Of a DNA stretch of 64,000 nucleotides, positions 61,963 through 64,000 are shown piece after piece. The notes beneath the pieces were generated by a model. That model made no database searches, had not been told where the DNA came from, and was given only the letters and a program-made list of their open reading frames with translations. This DNA is from an uncultured Acidobacteriota bacterium. GTDB lineage: Bacteria > Acidobacteriota > Vicinamibacteria > Fen-336. The stretch covers positions 97,979 through 161,978 of the forward strand of contig CAYTWT010000257.1 of the NCBI GenBank assembly GCA_964442185.1, read 5' to 3'. Position 1 is the first letter of the stretch, and every line of letters begins with the position of its first letter. The translations under genes were made by a program, and so were the position numbers.

Positions 61963-63696
61963 CTACTTAAAGAACTTGCGGAGGCTGGTGAGTGCGGAGT
62001 CGCGCGGGGAGAGCGACTCGAGTTCCAGGCGCGCCTGCTTGTGGGTCGGGTTCAGGCGCACGGCGGTCTGCAACACAGCAATCGCGCGCGACTTCACCTT
62101 CATCGACTTGTAGTAGAGGCCGAACTGGTAGTGAAGGTCCGCGTTGTTCGGGTCGAGGCGCGCAGCCTCCAGGAACTCGCGCTCCGCGTGCTTCGCCATG
62201 CGCGGCCAGCAGGCCAGCGCGACGGCGAGGCGCAGCCGGTAGGCTGGAACCCGCGGGGCCAGGTCGACGAGCGCGCCGTAGACCTTGGAGGCGTTCGCAT
62301 AGTCGGAGACCGCCATCCGGACGTCGCCTTCCATGATGAGGCGCTGAATGTCCGCGGCGCGGGCGGCGATCTGCACGGCATCCTCGCCTGGAGGCGCCGC
62401 GGGCTCGGCAGTCTCGGGCGCGGTCACCGGTGGCGCGACCGGCTCGACCGGGACGCTCGCCACCACGGCTTCCGGCGTGAGCACGGGCGAAGTCGGCGCC
62501 TTTGCGACGGGAAGCGCCGGGTTCGTCGTGGCCTCTTTCGTGGCAGGCCTCAAGCCAGGCGGGGCGGCCGGCGCCGTGCCCCTTGGAACCGCGGGCGGAG
62601 CAGCCGCCGCTTTGAGCAGCGGGGCCTGGCGCGCCAGCCTCAGCATCGTCGAAGCCCGCCCCAGGATCAGCTCGATGTCGGTCTTGAGCGTCTGGTCGTC
62701 GCCCACGGCGTCGAGCAGCGCGTGGTAGCGCTCCATCTTTTCTTCGAGGGCGCGGATCAGCTCGTCGCGCGGGGCGGTGCGCGACACGCGCAGCCATGCC
62801 TCGCGATCGAGCCGCGCGGAGCGTGCCAGCTCGTCCTCGACCTCCTGGCGCAAGGCCTCGCGCGCCGACGGATCGGGCCGCGAGCGCAGCGCCGAAAGCA
62901 GGAACGTGCTGGTTTCCATCTGGATCACCGGCGTCGGCTCTGCCTTGCCCTGGGGCTTGTCGGCGTACTCGAGGATCCCGGCGGCGACAAGCGCGTACAC
63001 GGCGCGCAGCCGGGTGAAGGCGACGCCGCCCTTCTCCCACGCCAGCCGCCGGATCGTGACCTTCCGGTTCGCTTGCTCGAGGACGTCGAGTTCCTCGGCC
63101 GAGCACTTGCGTACGCCAAAGGGGAACGGCGGCACGGGCGCCAGCGTCACCCAGCGATCGAGATCGCCGATCCCGGTCAGGACCAGCTCCTCGCCCTTCA
63201 TGGCCTTGATGCCCATGTAGAGGATGCGGTGGACCGACAGGCTCACCATGTACTCGAGCGGGATCGGGCACTTGCGCTCCTCGAAGGACGCGGCGCCCTC
63301 CTTGAAGTCGAAGAGCGAGACCACGATCCGCTTGACCTGCCGCGAGACCGAGCGGCCGACCTCCTTCTTGTCCATGACGCCGGAAGCCACGAGCGCGTCG
63401 CCGAAGCGCTTGCGACGCTCCTTCATGAACGCCGCGGCTCGCGCGTACTCCTCGTCGGTGATCCGGCCCAGGGCCACGAGCGCTTCGCCGAGGCGGTCCT
63501 TCTTCATGTTGCTCGCGGCGAAAACGATCCGGCCGTGGTCGAAGTACACGGTCTTGATCACCTTGCCGGAGCGCACTTCGAGGTCGCCGCTGCTGCGCCC
63601 AGCCGAAAGGCTGCGCAGCGTCTCAGAGATCGGCACTCGGGACAGGTCGTTCAGCACGCGATCTTCTAGACTAACGCAGCTCGGCCCAGAGCCCAA
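61963..63696 (-). CDS. DUF4388 (PilZ/REC-like N-terminal) plus TPR-repeat protein
   Basis: N-terminal LEDRVLNDLSRVPISETLRSL...GKVIKTVYFDHGRIVFAAS (DUF4388-like), a Pro/Ala-rich linker and C-terminal TPR-like repeats. Confidence 0.65.
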   Translation of the reverse strand: MGSGPSCVSLEDRVLNDLSRVPISETLRSLSAGRSSGDLEVRSGKVIKTVYFDHGRIVFAASNMKKDRLGEALVALGRITDEEYARAAAFMKERRKRFGDALVASGVMDKKEVGRSVSRQVKRIVVSLFDFKEGAASFEERKCPIPLEYMVSLSVHRILYMGIKAMKGEELVLTGIGDLDRWVTLAPVPPFPFGVRKCSAEELDVLEQANRKVTIRRLAWEKGGVAFTRLRAVYALVAAGILEYADKPQGKAEPTPVIQMETSTFLLSALRSRPDPSAREALRQEVEDELARSARLDREAWLRVSRTAPRDELIRALEEKMERYHALLDAVGDDQTLKTDIELILGRASTMLRLARQAPLLKAAAAPPAVPRGTAPAAPPGLRPATKEATTNPALPVAKAPTSPVLTPEAVVASVPVEPVAPPVTAPETAEPAAPPGEDAVQIAARAADIQRLIMEGDVRMAVSDYANASKVYGALVDLAPRVPAYRLRLAVALACWPRMAKHAEREFLEAARLDPNNADLHYQFGLYYKSMKVKSRAIAVLQTAVRLNPTHKQARLELESLSPRDSALTSLRKFFK

Positions 63697-64000
63697 GCAT
63701 CTCCCGCAGGATCTTGAGGATGACGCCCGGCGACGACAGCGTCGAGACGCCGCGCGAGCGCGGGAAGTAGTCGACGCCGATCTGGATGATGCTGGCCCCG
63801 GCCTTGCGCGCCCGGATCAGGAACTCGGCGTCGATGAAGCTGCCGTCGCTCTTGAGCGGGAAGCGCTCGAGCAGGGCGCGGCGGAAGAGCTTGAACGAGA
63901 AGTTCACGTCCTTCACCGGCAGATCGAACAGCGACCGGATCAGGAGCGTGTAGAGGAAGGTGTAGACGGAGCGCAGCGGGCCCTCGAGCGTGCGGTCGAA
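63671..64000 (-). CDS. GT2-family glycosyltransferase, C-terminal part; the 5' end is beyond the window
   Basis: FIDAEFLIRARKAG...ILKILREM resembles the C-terminus of DPM1/DPG-synthase-like GT2. The frame is open to the window end. Confidence 0.5.
   Translation of the reverse strand, partial: FDRTLEGPLRSVYTFLYTLLIRSLFDLPVKDVNFSFKLFRRALLERFPLKSDGSFIDAEFLIRARKAGASIIQIGVDYFPRSRGVSTLSSPGVILKILREMLGLWAELR

Overview
This is a 64 kb segment of a high-GC (about 70%) bacterial chromosome, read from sequence only. Several genes (DUF4388-TPR, TonB, tgt-yajC-secDF, ychF, ddl, nth) suggest a Myxococcota-like or related deltaproteobacterial background, though that guess is low-confidence. Most of the window is densely packed, mainly minus-strand glycan-biosynthesis operons. 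The main elements are:
- A cluster at 936-15000 with three paralogous GT-C-like polytopic membrane proteins, six GT4 glycosyltransferases, two SAM methyltransferases (one with a Trm112-like zinc ribbon) and an FAD oxidoreductase.
- A divergent GT2 polyprenyl-phosphate glycosyltransferase, two further membrane proteins, a Wzx-type flippase and an SDR epimerase.
- A nonulosonic-acid module at 21479-26053 with two NeuB-family synthases, two cytidylyltransferases and a PseG-like domain fused to one of them.
- An NHEJ island (27860-33462) carrying LigD (phosphoesterase-ligase-polymerase), a divergent Ku, and two redox enzymes plus an SGNH hydrolase co-oriented with LigD.
- A second glycan block (33498-45749) with GT9, GT4, a DegT aminotransferase, a 4,6-dehydratase, three GT2 polyprenyl-phosphate-sugar synthase-like genes, a YfhO-like protein and an 849-aa GT-C-like protein.
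- Housekeeping genes: ychF, a VWA protein, a REC-PilZ plus GT2 pair, nth, a HEAT-cyclophilin fusion, a HAD phosphatase, ddl, tgt, yajC-secD-secF, TonB and a DUF4388-TPR protein.
Many ORF-track start sites are N-terminal over-extensions that read Arg/Gly/Pro-rich; I re-derived starts from the sequence. At least ten gene junctions in the glycan operons use 4-nt GTGA/TTGA/ATGA start-stop overlaps. A 15-codon Lys/Ala micro-ORF with a strong Shine-Dalgarno sits between two GC-rich hairpin terminators at 54971-55147. No CRISPR array, tRNA, rRNA or recognisable IS element was found.
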